Assembly (NCBI GenBank): GCA_018971045.1
Contig: JAGWVF010000007.1
Coordinates: 1-56,122 of the forward strand
DNA from: Patescibacteria group bacterium
GTDB taxonomy: Bacteria; Patescibacteriota; Minisyncoccia; Phycocordibacterales; Phycocordibacteraceae
Direction: 5' to 3'
Length of the DNA stretch: 56,122 bases
Part shown: positions 36,657 through 45,032 of the stretch, one piece after another
Layout: each line of letters opens with the position of its first letter
How positions within the stretch are numbered: the first letter of the stretch is position 1
The notes under the pieces: generated by a model
Told to the model about the DNA's origin: nothing
Databases searched by the model: none
The model's input: only the letters and a program-made list of their open reading frames with translations
Position numbers and translations under genes: made by a program

Positions 36657-38110
36657 ACCGCTTTCTGTCCGCGAACGACGTCGGCATACGCGTAACGCAA
36701 CGCATTCGCAAACGCGTCCCCCTCTCCTAGAGAATTCCTCGAAAGCGCTCCTTCAGAAAGATTCTTGACCTGCTTCTCCTGTTCGTGATGCGTTCCGTAC
36801 ACTTGATCGGCTCGCGCCAAGAAAAGCGAGAGAAGAGCGCGTCGGAAGAAAGAAAGGTCTTCGAGATTCTGGTCCGCAAGAGTGATAAGGACCGGCATGC
36901 GGCTGAACAGCTTAAAAAGAAGAGCGGCGAGCGCCGCGTAACCGGCCATAAGCGACCACACGAACAGATATCTCCGCTTCACCAAAAGCGAAAGCCCGAC
37001 GAGCGGCCCCAAAAAGATCAGCAGGAATTTATCTATCGAATAACCGATTCCTACGCGATAAAGCGTGATATTCGAAGGAAGCGCCGCTGGAGCGGTATTC
37101 CGAGCGAACCGCGCGGTAATCACGTCAAACGCCACATCGGGGATCATACGCGCCACTTCAACCATGGCTTCCTCGGCGGGACCGGCAATAGGATGCAAGG
37201 TGACGGAAAAGACTACGATTCGTTTATCGCGCCGCGCGCCGCGCGCGTTCAACGAAGTATATTCGCGAATGTACTTCGCGATCGAGCGCGTCGCTTCCCA
37301 TCCAAGCCGCTCCGTCTTACTGGTGTCGATCCGCGATTTCAGGCGATTACCTTGCCGCGGAGGAAACATGACGATATCGTCATCATCAAAACCGAATAGA
37401 TGCGCGATTTCCAATATGGAATACGCTTCTTTATTGCCGAGGCCGTACTCGTCTCCCTGGCCTTCTTCTCCAACCTTTATAAGCCCGTCCACGACGTCGA
37501 AAACGTGGGTAAAGTTACGCTCCTGTGTTCCCGGAGAAACAACGGCGCACGGCGTTCCCGATACATACATACGCTTAAAATGTTCAATCACCGTCCCGTA
37601 CACGCCGGATCGTTCGCGCGGTCCGTACACATTATAGAAATACGTGATTGCGTACGATAGATGTTCTTCATTGCCGATTCGTACTATCGTTTCTGAATTA
37701 TCAGCTTTCGTCTTCGCATAGGGCGTCGCGTAGCGGGCGGCTCCTTCGTCGCCGAATTTCGTTGATGACCCGGCATACACAAGCTTGCATTGCCTTTTTC
37801 GCCAAAAATCGATCACTCCGAGAGTTCCTAACGTGTTCAAATCACGGACACGATCGGGTTCGAGAATGCTCTGTTCCACCCGCGAGTACTCGCCCAAGTG
37901 ATAGATGAGGTCGGGCGTCTCGGGGATATGCCGTTCGATATCCTTGGTATGGCCCTCGCGATACTCGACGCCGGGAACATGATTCTCGCGGCTGCCGGTG
38001 AAATAGTTGTCGAGCGAGATTACCTGATGCCCTTCCGCGGCCAGACGCGCACAGAGATGCGAGCCGATAAAACCCGCGCCGCCGGTTACCAGGATGAGTT
38101 TCTGCACCAT
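36653..38110 (-). CDS. Fusion protein: nucleotide-sugar SDR (UXS / 4,6-dehydratase-like) plus an orphan GT4 N-terminal-type domain with hydrophobic helices
   Basis: 485 aa. The N-terminal 300 aa or so read LVTGGAGFIGSHLCARL...YAKTKA. The C-terminal 180 aa or so (KRIVVFSVTLHPIAGPAEEAMVEVARMIPDVAFDVIT...) align by eye with the N-terminus of the next gene, 35442-36656. Confidence 0.85.
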   Translation of the reverse strand: MVQKLILVTGGAGFIGSHLCARLAAEGHQVISLDNYFTGSRENHVPGVEYREGHTKDIERHIPETPDLIYHLGEYSRVEQSILEPDRVRDLNTLGTLGVIDFWRKRQCKLVYAGSSTKFGDEGAARYATPYAKTKADNSETIVRIGNEEHLSYAITYFYNVYGPRERSGVYGTVIEHFKRMYVSGTPCAVVSPGTQERNFTHVFDVVDGLIKVGEEGQGDEYGLGNKEAYSILEIAHLFGFDDDDIVMFPPRQGNRLKSRIDTSKTERLGWEATRSIAKYIREYTSLNARGARRDKRIVVFSVTLHPIAGPAEEAMVEVARMIPDVAFDVITARFARNTAPAALPSNITLYRVGIGYSIDKFLLIFLGPLVGLSLLVKRRYLFVWSLMAGYAALAALLFKLFSRMPVLITLADQNLEDLSFFRRALLSLFLARADQVYGTHHEQEKQVKNLSEGALSRNSLGEGDAFANALRYAYADVVRGQKAV

Positions 38111-38151
38111 AGGTAAAGAGTAGAGTACGGCAAAAGAAGCGCGAAGGCGAA

Positions 38152-39294
38152 TCAGATAAAAATGAAGGCTCCGCCCGCAAGGGCGATCACTCCGATCAAG
38201 CCGGCTATCCAGGGAGAGGAAAACAGGCCCCCGCGAAAGGGCAGAGGCGTCGAGGAAGTCGCCGGGATCAAAGGAGCCCCCGCAGCGGCGAGGCCGATCG
38301 CTGCTGCGGGGGCGACTATTGCTTGTGCTTGCGCATACGCTTGAATGTTCGAGGTCGTGCTTCTGTTAATAGGATCGACCCTCCCTGCTGGCTCCTCGTC
38401 AAGGTTGGTCATCCGTATTAAAGGAGAACGATCGGCAGCCGAAGAAGGTTGCACCGGCGGCGTCGCTCGCGAACGAGCCGCGATAACGCCGTCGGGATAC
38501 GCGAGCGAGGCGTCCTGAGCTATCGGCAGATTGATGATTTCGTAGGGGAAGAGGACGCTCGCTTGCGGCAGGACCATGGTGCCCTCGGGAATGCGGAAAA
38601 TTCCGACATCGGCGAGAAGCCGCCAGTCCGACAGATCGAGGCGAGTATCCGAATCGTTCATCACGGTAATTCCTTCTCCGGAGGTCGAGAGGCGGATCCG
38701 GGCAGTTCGCACGGTCACGACAATTTCATCGCTTGCTTTTGCGGATCCGTCGATCGCATGCGCGGTTACCACAAACGTTCCCGCGTGGCGATAAATCTTC
38801 TCGACTGCGATCCCGGTTTGCGAGGATCCGTCACCAAAGCTCCACGCGATCTGCGCCGCCGCATCGACGACGCTCTTCGCGAGTACTTGCGCGGACAAAC
38901 GAAAAGGCGCGTTCAGCATCGCTTCATGCGGTCCGATAATCGTAAGCGATATGGCGGAGGGCGGCGGCACGTACGTTGACGCCCCTGAATTTATCGGGGC
39001 GTTTTCCGAAGTCGATGTCGCGCTTGACGGTTTTGTTGCGGTATCGCCGACAGTGATAAGGGACTGGATATTGGCGAAGGTGCTCGAACCGATGCCGCTC
39101 ACGTTCTGGATATCCTCGATGCGCATGAAAGGTCCGTGCTTCATGCGATAGTCTACAATCGCCGCCGCTTTGGCGGGGCCGATGCCCGGCAACGTATCGA
39201 GAAGTTCCGCGTCAGCCGTGTTGATATTTATGAGCGCGGCCAAAGCGGCTCCCGGAAGGAGCAGAGCCAGCGCGATGATGCCGACGACGCGCAT
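38152..39294 (-). CDS. comEA: ComEA-like HhH DNA receptor extended by PKD-like and lamin-tail-like domains and a C-terminal TM anchor
   Basis: 380 aa. Signal peptide, then ININTADAELLDTLPGIGPAKAAAIVDYRMKHGPFMRIEDIQNVSGIG (HhH). WSFGDGSSQTG...GTFVVTAHAIDG is PKD-like. ITVMNDSDTRLDLSDWRL is LTD-like. The C-terminal helix is WIAGLIGVIALAGGAFIFI. Confidence 0.82.
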   Translation of the reverse strand: MRVVGIIALALLLPGAALAALININTADAELLDTLPGIGPAKAAAIVDYRMKHGPFMRIEDIQNVSGIGSSTFANIQSLITVGDTATKPSSATSTSENAPINSGASTYVPPPSAISLTIIGPHEAMLNAPFRLSAQVLAKSVVDAAAQIAWSFGDGSSQTGIAVEKIYRHAGTFVVTAHAIDGSAKASDEIVVTVRTARIRLSTSGEGITVMNDSDTRLDLSDWRLLADVGIFRIPEGTMVLPQASVLFPYEIINLPIAQDASLAYPDGVIAARSRATPPVQPSSAADRSPLIRMTNLDEEPAGRVDPINRSTTSNIQAYAQAQAIVAPAAAIGLAAAGAPLIPATSSTPLPFRGGLFSSPWIAGLIGVIALAGGAFIFI

Positions 39295-39298
39295 AAGA

Positions 39299-41056
39299 TT
39301 ACGTCTCGCCTTTCAGCACCTTCCGTAACTCGTCTTCCGGCACCTCAAACGGCTTCTTCGCTTGCTCCGGAATATTTTTCTGTACTGCGTCTACGAGCGC
39401 GCTTTTGAGTTCCTGCTTTTGCTCTCCTTGCTCTCTTTCTTTTTCTTGAAGATGTTTCGCCGTCATCGCGCGCAAGATCGCCTTAAGGTCTTCCGGGCTT
39501 TTTGAGGGAGCTGGAGGCCGTTCAGATCGCGATTGCGGCGCGGCCGGCCCCGGTTCGCGATAGGCTAGCCCGCGCGCCGCATGCGGCTGACTACTCGATT
39601 GAGGAGCGGGACGATGCGTTGTGCCTCGGACTTCTGCCTGTTGGGGAGCCGCGGAGCGCGCTTGCGACTGCGGCTTTGGCCGAGGCGTCTCCGATACGCG
39701 GGACGCGGATGCATTGTTTACCGGCTTCTTCTTCATTCGCGCGTCAAAGGGCGCCGGTGCGGCCGTGCTCGCCGCAAGCTCGGCCGCGATGACGCTCTCG
39801 ATCTTCGCTCGCGACGAGGTATACCGTTCGTGCGATGCGGCAATAACCTTTTCTCGATATGAAATCGGCGGCGCCTCGATCGGCGGTATGGTCACGGCGG
39901 AGAACGGCGCCGACCCGACGCCGTCGATCATCAGGGTCAGGTAGATCTGCCGCCGATCGAGAATAACGATGTCCTCTTTCGTGAATTTGGGCAGGAAGAT
40001 CGTCTCGAGCACCTCCGCGTCGAAAGGTCCGACACGGAACACGATCGTCGTTCCGATATTCCCGAAAACGGCGTCGCGCACCTCCTCATCCATCTGTTCG
40101 ATGTATTGGTGCGTGATGATGAGATTCAATTTATACTTGCGCGATTCAGAAAGGATCTCGGCAAAGGTCTTGTTGGCGAAATTCTGAAATTCGTCGACAT
40201 AGAAATAGAAATGCGGGAGTTTCGCGAGCTCGGCGGCGGGAAGATTCGCGCGGCTCATCGCCGCAAGAAAGAGGCGCGTCGTGAGCATCGAGCCGAGCAG
40301 GTTCATATTGGTCTCGCCGATAAGTCCTTTGGAGAGATTGATGAGGAGAATCTTGCGCTCGTCCATCATCGTCCGAATGTCAAACGACGACTTGGGCTGG
40401 CCGATGATATTGCGGATGAGCGGATTGCCGGTAAATTGGCCGACTTTGTTTTGAATCGCGGGCGTCGCCTCCTGCGTATAGCGGTCGCCGTAATTGGCGA
40501 ATTCCTTGATCCAAAAGTCCTTCACCACCGGATCCTTCACGTTGTCGACCACCTTCTGCCGATACTCTTTGTCGGTATACATCCGATTCACTCCAAGTAA
40601 CGTCGCGTCCGGATATTCAAGTAGCGCGAGAAGCGTGTTGGTGAGAATATACTCCATCCGCGCGCTCCAGGCGTCCTCCCAAATCTTTTTAAACGTCGCC
40701 ATAAGCCCGCTTACGACCAAGTGGCGTTTGTCGTAACCGACATCCTCCATCACGTTAAAAGCGATGGGGTGCTCCATATCGAACGGCGCGAAGTGCACGA
40801 CATCGTCGATCCGATTTTCGGGAATGTAATCGAGAAGCTTATCGATCGCGGAACCGTGCGGATCAATAAAGGCGAATCCTTCGCCGTTCCTGATATCCTG
40901 GATTGCCATGTTCTCGAGCAAGGTCGACTTTCCCATTCCCGTCTTCCCGATCACGTACATATGTTTGTCGCGATCCCTCGACTTGATGCCGAACGGAACA
41001 TACTTCCCGCGGCTGTCGGTAGCCGCGAAATAGGTTACGCGCTCTGGATTCTCCAT
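39299..41056 (-). CDS. Soluble VirD4/TraD-like (type IV coupling protein family) P-loop ATPase with a Pro/Ala/Gln-rich C-terminal tail
   Basis: 585 aa. Walker A is GKTGMGKST and Walker B is FYFYVDEFQNF. No N-terminal TM. The low-complexity tail is about 170 aa. TGGTATACT-8 nt-ATG lies upstream. The stop is 4 nt from the comEA-like start. Confidence 0.82.
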   Translation of the reverse strand: MENPERVTYFAATDSRGKYVPFGIKSRDRDKHMYVIGKTGMGKSTLLENMAIQDIRNGEGFAFIDPHGSAIDKLLDYIPENRIDDVVHFAPFDMEHPIAFNVMEDVGYDKRHLVVSGLMATFKKIWEDAWSARMEYILTNTLLALLEYPDATLLGVNRMYTDKEYRQKVVDNVKDPVVKDFWIKEFANYGDRYTQEATPAIQNKVGQFTGNPLIRNIIGQPKSSFDIRTMMDERKILLINLSKGLIGETNMNLLGSMLTTRLFLAAMSRANLPAAELAKLPHFYFYVDEFQNFANKTFAEILSESRKYKLNLIITHQYIEQMDEEVRDAVFGNIGTTIVFRVGPFDAEVLETIFLPKFTKEDIVILDRRQIYLTLMIDGVGSAPFSAVTIPPIEAPPISYREKVIAASHERYTSSRAKIESVIAAELAASTAAPAPFDARMKKKPVNNASASRVSETPRPKPQSQARSAAPQQAEVRGTTHRPAPQSSSQPHAARGLAYREPGPAAPQSRSERPPAPSKSPEDLKAILRAMTAKHLQEKEREQGEQKQELKSALVDAVQKNIPEQAKKPFEVPEDELRKVLKGET

Positions 41057-41084
41057 CGCGTTCTAGTATACCAAATAGAGAGCG

Positions 41085-41339
41085 CTATACCGGAGACATT
41101 TCGGTTGGTGCGGCTGATTCAGGCTGGCTCGCCTCAAGAGGCGACGCGATTGGTGCCGGCGCCGATTCTCCGGAACGACGCTGTTCACGCGCTTCTTGCG
41201 CGCGAATGGCGAGGCCGATGCTCGAAACCACTGCTCCGAAAACAACGGTGAGCAGATCGCGGATCTGGATCGGCACGCCCGAAAAAGGAATGAGAATGAC
41301 AAGAACGCCGAGAAGAATAAGGGTGCTGGTGCGGGACAT
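41085..41339 (-). CDS. Small two-TM membrane protein
   Basis: 84 aa. STLILLGVLVILIPFSGV and LLTVVFGAVVSSIGLAI are hydrophobic segments. TGATATACT-6 nt-ATG (extended -10) lies immediately upstream. Confidence 0.55.
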   Translation of the reverse strand: MSRTSTLILLGVLVILIPFSGVPIQIRDLLTVVFGAVVSSIGLAIRAQEAREQRRSGESAPAPIASPLEASQPESAAPTEMSPV

Positions 41340-41351
41340 AGAGGCAGTATA

Positions 41352-42023
41352 TCAGGGGGCCACCATGACGACAAATTCGCCGCGGAGATGATCGGGATGA
41401 TCGGCAAAATACGCGAGAAGTTCGGCGGGAGTGCCGCTCACGACTTCTTCATGAATCTTGGTGAGCTCACGAGCGATGATAACGCGGGAGACGTCGAGTA
41501 CGCCAAGTTCTCCGAGAAGTTTTTCGACGCGATGCGGAGATTCGTAGAGCACGACGAGGATTTCTGATTCAGCGATAGTATTAAGCATCGTCTGCCGTCC
41601 CTTTTTATGCGGCAAGAAGCCGAGAAAGGTGAATTGATCGGCATCGATTCCCGCGATTGAGAGCGCGGCGGTAAGCGCCGAGGGACCGGGGATGGTCTCG
41701 ATGCGCGCGCTTTGGAGCTCTGAGCGGACGCGCTCCACAAGTCGCGCGCCGGGATCGCTCACGCCCGGCGTGCCCGCGTCGCTTACGTACGCGACGTGTT
41801 CTCCTGCTTCAAGCCGGGCGATGATGTCGCCGGCTTTCTTCGACTCGGTTACGGCGTCGAGCCGCTGGAGCGGCTTCCGCATCTCGTAACGCGCCAGAAG
41901 CTTCGCGATAATCCGCGTATCCTCGGCGTAAATGACGGTGCACTCTTTGAGCGTCCGGAGTGCGCGCAGCGTGATGTCCTCTAAGTTTCCGATCGGCGTC
42001 GCGACGATGGAGAGCTTTCCCAT
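41352..42023 (-). CDS. rsmI: 16S rRNA (cytidine1402-2'-O)-methyltransferase
   Basis: MGKLSIVATPIGNLEDITLRALRTLKECTVIYAEDTR is the canonical RsmI N-terminus. The start is taken at MGKL; the ORF track start is 42047. Confidence 0.9.
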   Translation of the reverse strand: MGKLSIVATPIGNLEDITLRALRTLKECTVIYAEDTRIIAKLLARYEMRKPLQRLDAVTESKKAGDIIARLEAGEHVAYVSDAGTPGVSDPGARLVERVRSELQSARIETIPGPSALTAALSIAGIDADQFTFLGFLPHKKGRQTMLNTIAESEILVVLYESPHRVEKLLGELGVLDVSRVIIARELTKIHEEVVSGTPAELLAYFADHPDHLRGEFVVMVAP

Positions 42024-42024
42024 A

Positions 42025-43308
42025 TCAAGCTCCCGCAACAAGCGCATCGGCGACCTTGTAGATGTCGCCGGCTCCCATGGTGATGATGGTATCTCCTTCC
42101 TCGACGTCGGCGAGCGCCGCGATAATCGCGTCGAATGACGGGTAGGCCGTCGCGTCGGTACCCATCATGCGAATACGTTCGGCGAGAATATCGCTCGAGA
42201 CCGAGCCGTCATCGATCTCGCGCGCGGCATAAATGGGAGCGATAAGCACCTTGTTGGCGTCGACAAACGCGCCCGCAAACGCATTCAGCAGATCGCGGGT
42301 GCGGCTGTACAAATGCGGATGGAACACCACGTAGATCTTGCCGCGGACTTTCGCTCGGAGCGCCGAAAGCGTCGCGTGCACGGCGGTCGGATGGTGTCCG
42401 TAATCGTCGAAGACGTCGGTGCCGCGCACCGTTTTGCCACGATATTCAAAACGGCGCCAGGAACCGTGGAAGGATGCGAGCGCCTGCACGATTGTCGCAT
42501 CGGTAATTGACGGAAGCGTCGCGCGCGCGGCCGCCGCGGCCGCGCGCGCATTCATCTGATTAAACGCGCCGGGCAACTGGAGTCCGTATGCCGGCTCTTG
42601 ATTCACATCCACGATGCGGGCGCGCGCCGAGCTTAAGAGCGGCGCGATATGCGGATTCCCCGCGTCAGTAACAATGGCTCCCTCGGCGGGCACCCGTTCG
42701 ATCGCCGTCCGGAATGTCGCTTGAAGCGCTTCAAATGTCGGGAACCAATCAGTGTGATCCCATTCGAGATTGGTGATGACAAGGATGTACGGTGAGAGTT
42801 CGAGCAAGTGACTGCGATATTCGTCCGCCTCGACGACGAAGAGATCCGAATCTCCGTGAAGATAATTCGATCCGAAGTCCCGCACGATCGATCCGATCAC
42901 GGCAGTTGGCTTCGCGCCTGCATCCTTCAATATTTTGGCGGTCATGCCGGTCGTCGTCGTCTTGCCGTGAGTACCTGCGATTGCGACCGTCTTCCATCCC
43001 TTCGTCGCCTCGGCAAGCGCTTTAAAGTAAGACGCTTCTCTAATCCGGAGTTCGAGCGCCCGTTGACGCTCGACGAATCCCTCGGATCCCTCAAGCACCG
43101 CGTCGCTGAACACGACGAGATCAGCGTCAGGGGGAACATTCTCGGCGCGCTGGCCGATGGTAACCATGATCCCCGCTTTCTCGAGAAGCACCGTCACGGG
43201 GCTCGCCGCCCGATCCGAACCCGTAACGATGGCTCCCCGATCTTTATAGAACTGCGCCAAGGCGCTCATCCCGATCCCGCCGATGCCGACGAAATGAACT
43301 TTTTTCAT
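42025..43308 (-). CDS. murC: UDP-N-acetylmuramate--L-alanine ligase
   Basis: 427 aa. VHFVGIGGIGMSALA...IAGTHGKTTTT. Confidence 0.95.
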   Translation of the reverse strand: MKKVHFVGIGGIGMSALAQFYKDRGAIVTGSDRAASPVTVLLEKAGIMVTIGQRAENVPPDADLVVFSDAVLEGSEGFVERQRALELRIREASYFKALAEATKGWKTVAIAGTHGKTTTTGMTAKILKDAGAKPTAVIGSIVRDFGSNYLHGDSDLFVVEADEYRSHLLELSPYILVITNLEWDHTDWFPTFEALQATFRTAIERVPAEGAIVTDAGNPHIAPLLSSARARIVDVNQEPAYGLQLPGAFNQMNARAAAAAARATLPSITDATIVQALASFHGSWRRFEYRGKTVRGTDVFDDYGHHPTAVHATLSALRAKVRGKIYVVFHPHLYSRTRDLLNAFAGAFVDANKVLIAPIYAAREIDDGSVSSDILAERIRMMGTDATAYPSFDAIIAALADVEEGDTIITMGAGDIYKVADALVAGA

Positions 43309-44627
43309 AATGCCTGTACGATAGCACTAAACTGATCATTGCGATCGTATTCGTTCTTAAATAGGCCGAACGATGCAAATGCGGGCGAGAAAAGAATGGT
43401 GTCGCCCGCAGTCGCGGCCGCGACTGCGGCCGCGACTGCGTCTGATATTGTTTGATATATCATCGTGCCCTCGGGAAGATCGCGTTTGATGCGGTCGGTA
43501 CCCGACCCGGCGAGCAGGAATACTTTCTTTGTCTCGCGCAATTTCTCGGCGAGCGCAATGATGTCGAGATTCTTATCGGAACCGCCAACTATGACGATCG
43601 TACGCTCGACGCCGAGCGCGGCGAGCGCGGCGAGCGTCGCCTCCGGCGTCGTCGAATTGTTGTCGTTATAAATCTTCACGCCGCGCACTTCGCGCAGGAA
43701 TTCAAGCCGGCCGGGAACTCCCTTGAACGATTCGAGCGCCGTTCGGCTTACGGCATCGGCGACGCCCGCCGCGCGAGCGGCCGAAAGCGCGAGCGCGGCG
43801 TTCGCGCGATTATGCACGCCGGGAATCGCGAGCGCCCAGGTGTCCGGTAATCTCGTCTCGTCAATTACCAGCGTCTTCGCTTTTATTGCGTCGCCATAGC
43901 GGTCGATAATGATCGGCGCACACTGCTTCCCGAGTATGAGCGCGTCATGCTCGTTTTGGTAGAGAAATATATTCGCTTTATCGGCGAGATACGCATCGAG
44001 ATCATTCTTATAATAATTCAAATGGTCCTGGAAAAGGGTCGTGAAAACGGCGATAGGCGGAGAAAGCCTCGCTTCGCCAAAGCCTTGACATTGCCACGAA
44101 TCGAGCTCGAGAACGGCAATCGAGCCGTGCGTCGCCGCGTCAAGCAGGGCGAGCGTCGAAACGCCGCGGACATTGCCGCCGAGGAGCGCACGCTTCCCCG
44201 CCGCAGAAAGGATCGCGTGAATCATATGCGTTACCGTCGACTTCCCTCGCGTACCGGTAATCCCGATGCACGAGATACCCGAAATCTCCGCGAAAAGATC
44301 GGCGCTCATCCGAACCGGTATGTCCCTTTTCTTCGCCTCGGCAATATAAGGAGAATCGATCGGCACGCCAGCGGCTTTGACGATCAAATCGCGATGATTA
44401 AAGTCTTCGAGGCGATGCTCCCCGAGGACGAAGGTGATGTTGGGGAATGACTCGAGCTGAACAACCGACTCCTCAAGCTGTTCCCGCGGCTTGAGGTCGG
44501 TAACGATAAGATCGGCTCCTTTCTCGGCGAGATAGCGCGCGTCCCCGACGCCCCGGCCGAGGAGGCCGAGACCCATCACGGTAATCTTCTTCCCGCGGAA
44601 ATGCGCCGCCGCGTCCATAAAACGCAT
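43305..44627 (-). CDS. murD: UDP-N-acetylmuramoylalanine--D-glutamate ligase
   Basis: 440 aa. KKITVMGLGLLGRGV...ITGTRGKSTV. An alternative start at 44618 (MDAAAHF) is preceded by TAGGAT-7 nt. Confidence 0.95.
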   Translation of the reverse strand: MRFMDAAAHFRGKKITVMGLGLLGRGVGDARYLAEKGADLIVTDLKPREQLEESVVQLESFPNITFVLGEHRLEDFNHRDLIVKAAGVPIDSPYIAEAKKRDIPVRMSADLFAEISGISCIGITGTRGKSTVTHMIHAILSAAGKRALLGGNVRGVSTLALLDAATHGSIAVLELDSWQCQGFGEARLSPPIAVFTTLFQDHLNYYKNDLDAYLADKANIFLYQNEHDALILGKQCAPIIIDRYGDAIKAKTLVIDETRLPDTWALAIPGVHNRANAALALSAARAAGVADAVSRTALESFKGVPGRLEFLREVRGVKIYNDNNSTTPEATLAALAALGVERTIVIVGGSDKNLDIIALAEKLRETKKVFLLAGSGTDRIKRDLPEGTMIYQTISDAVAAAVAAATAGDTILFSPAFASFGLFKNEYDRNDQFSAIVQAL

Positions 44628-44848
44628 CCTAACGCATCGGCACGCTCTCTGCTACTTCGAGCAAGCGGCGGCTCGGATCTGATCGGCGTGCGCGAAGGGG
44701 AGCGTCGTCGCGGGAACTACTACAAGCTCATACGGCGTACTGGCCGCGTTCGCCTGCTTTTGCAGGCATGCCGGATCGAGCCGCGCGACCTCTACTAAAG
44801 TAGACCGACACTCTACGGCACCGTGCGCTACCGATGGGTATAAGTCCG

Positions 44849-44869
44849 GTGCACGTTCTATCTGAGCTG
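44849..44869 (-). pseudogene. Short tRNA-Ile-derived remnant (D-arm fragment fused to the 3' acceptor end)
   Basis: The minus strand reads TCAGCTCAG-A-TAGAACGTGCAC. The intact gene has TTAGCTCAG...TAGAGCGTGCAC, giving 11/12 identity at the 3' end. Confidence 0.4.
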
Positions 44870-44888
44870 AAAAGGTAACGGCCCCCTG

Positions 44889-45032
44889 TGCACGCTCTAG
44901 GAGTCGAACCTAGGACCGCTCGAGTATCAGTCGAGTGCTCTACAGCGAGGAGCAAGGATGAAACGAAAGTACTCTTTCAGTTTCAGTCCGAGCGACGATG
45001 ATGAAAGCCCAGAGGACTTACCAACTGAGCAA
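44889..45032 (-). pseudogene. Disrupted second tRNA-Ile copy
   Basis: 44889-44943 is 55/55 identical to positions 19-73 of the intact tRNA (45047-45101). A 77-nt structured insert (44944-45020) sits in the D-loop. The 5' fragment TTGCTCAGTTGG is retained, but no 5' acceptor strand pairs with AGCGTGC. Confidence 0.6.

Noticed and set aside
41063-41407. 114-aa minus-strand ORF
   Set aside because: It is the alternative frame to the 84-aa two-TM ORF at 41085-41339. That ORF has a TGATATACT-6-ATG promoter/start context and a cleaner hydrophobic profile.
44628-44848. Possible additional tRNA, 5S rRNA or other RNA gene in the GC-rich gap upstream of murD
   Set aside because: I tried to fold the GGCTCGATCCGGC segment as a T-arm in all registers and found no 5-bp stem. 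There are no 5S-like motifs. Only local hairpins such as GCCTGC-AAAA-GCAGGC are present. The region is left unannotated.
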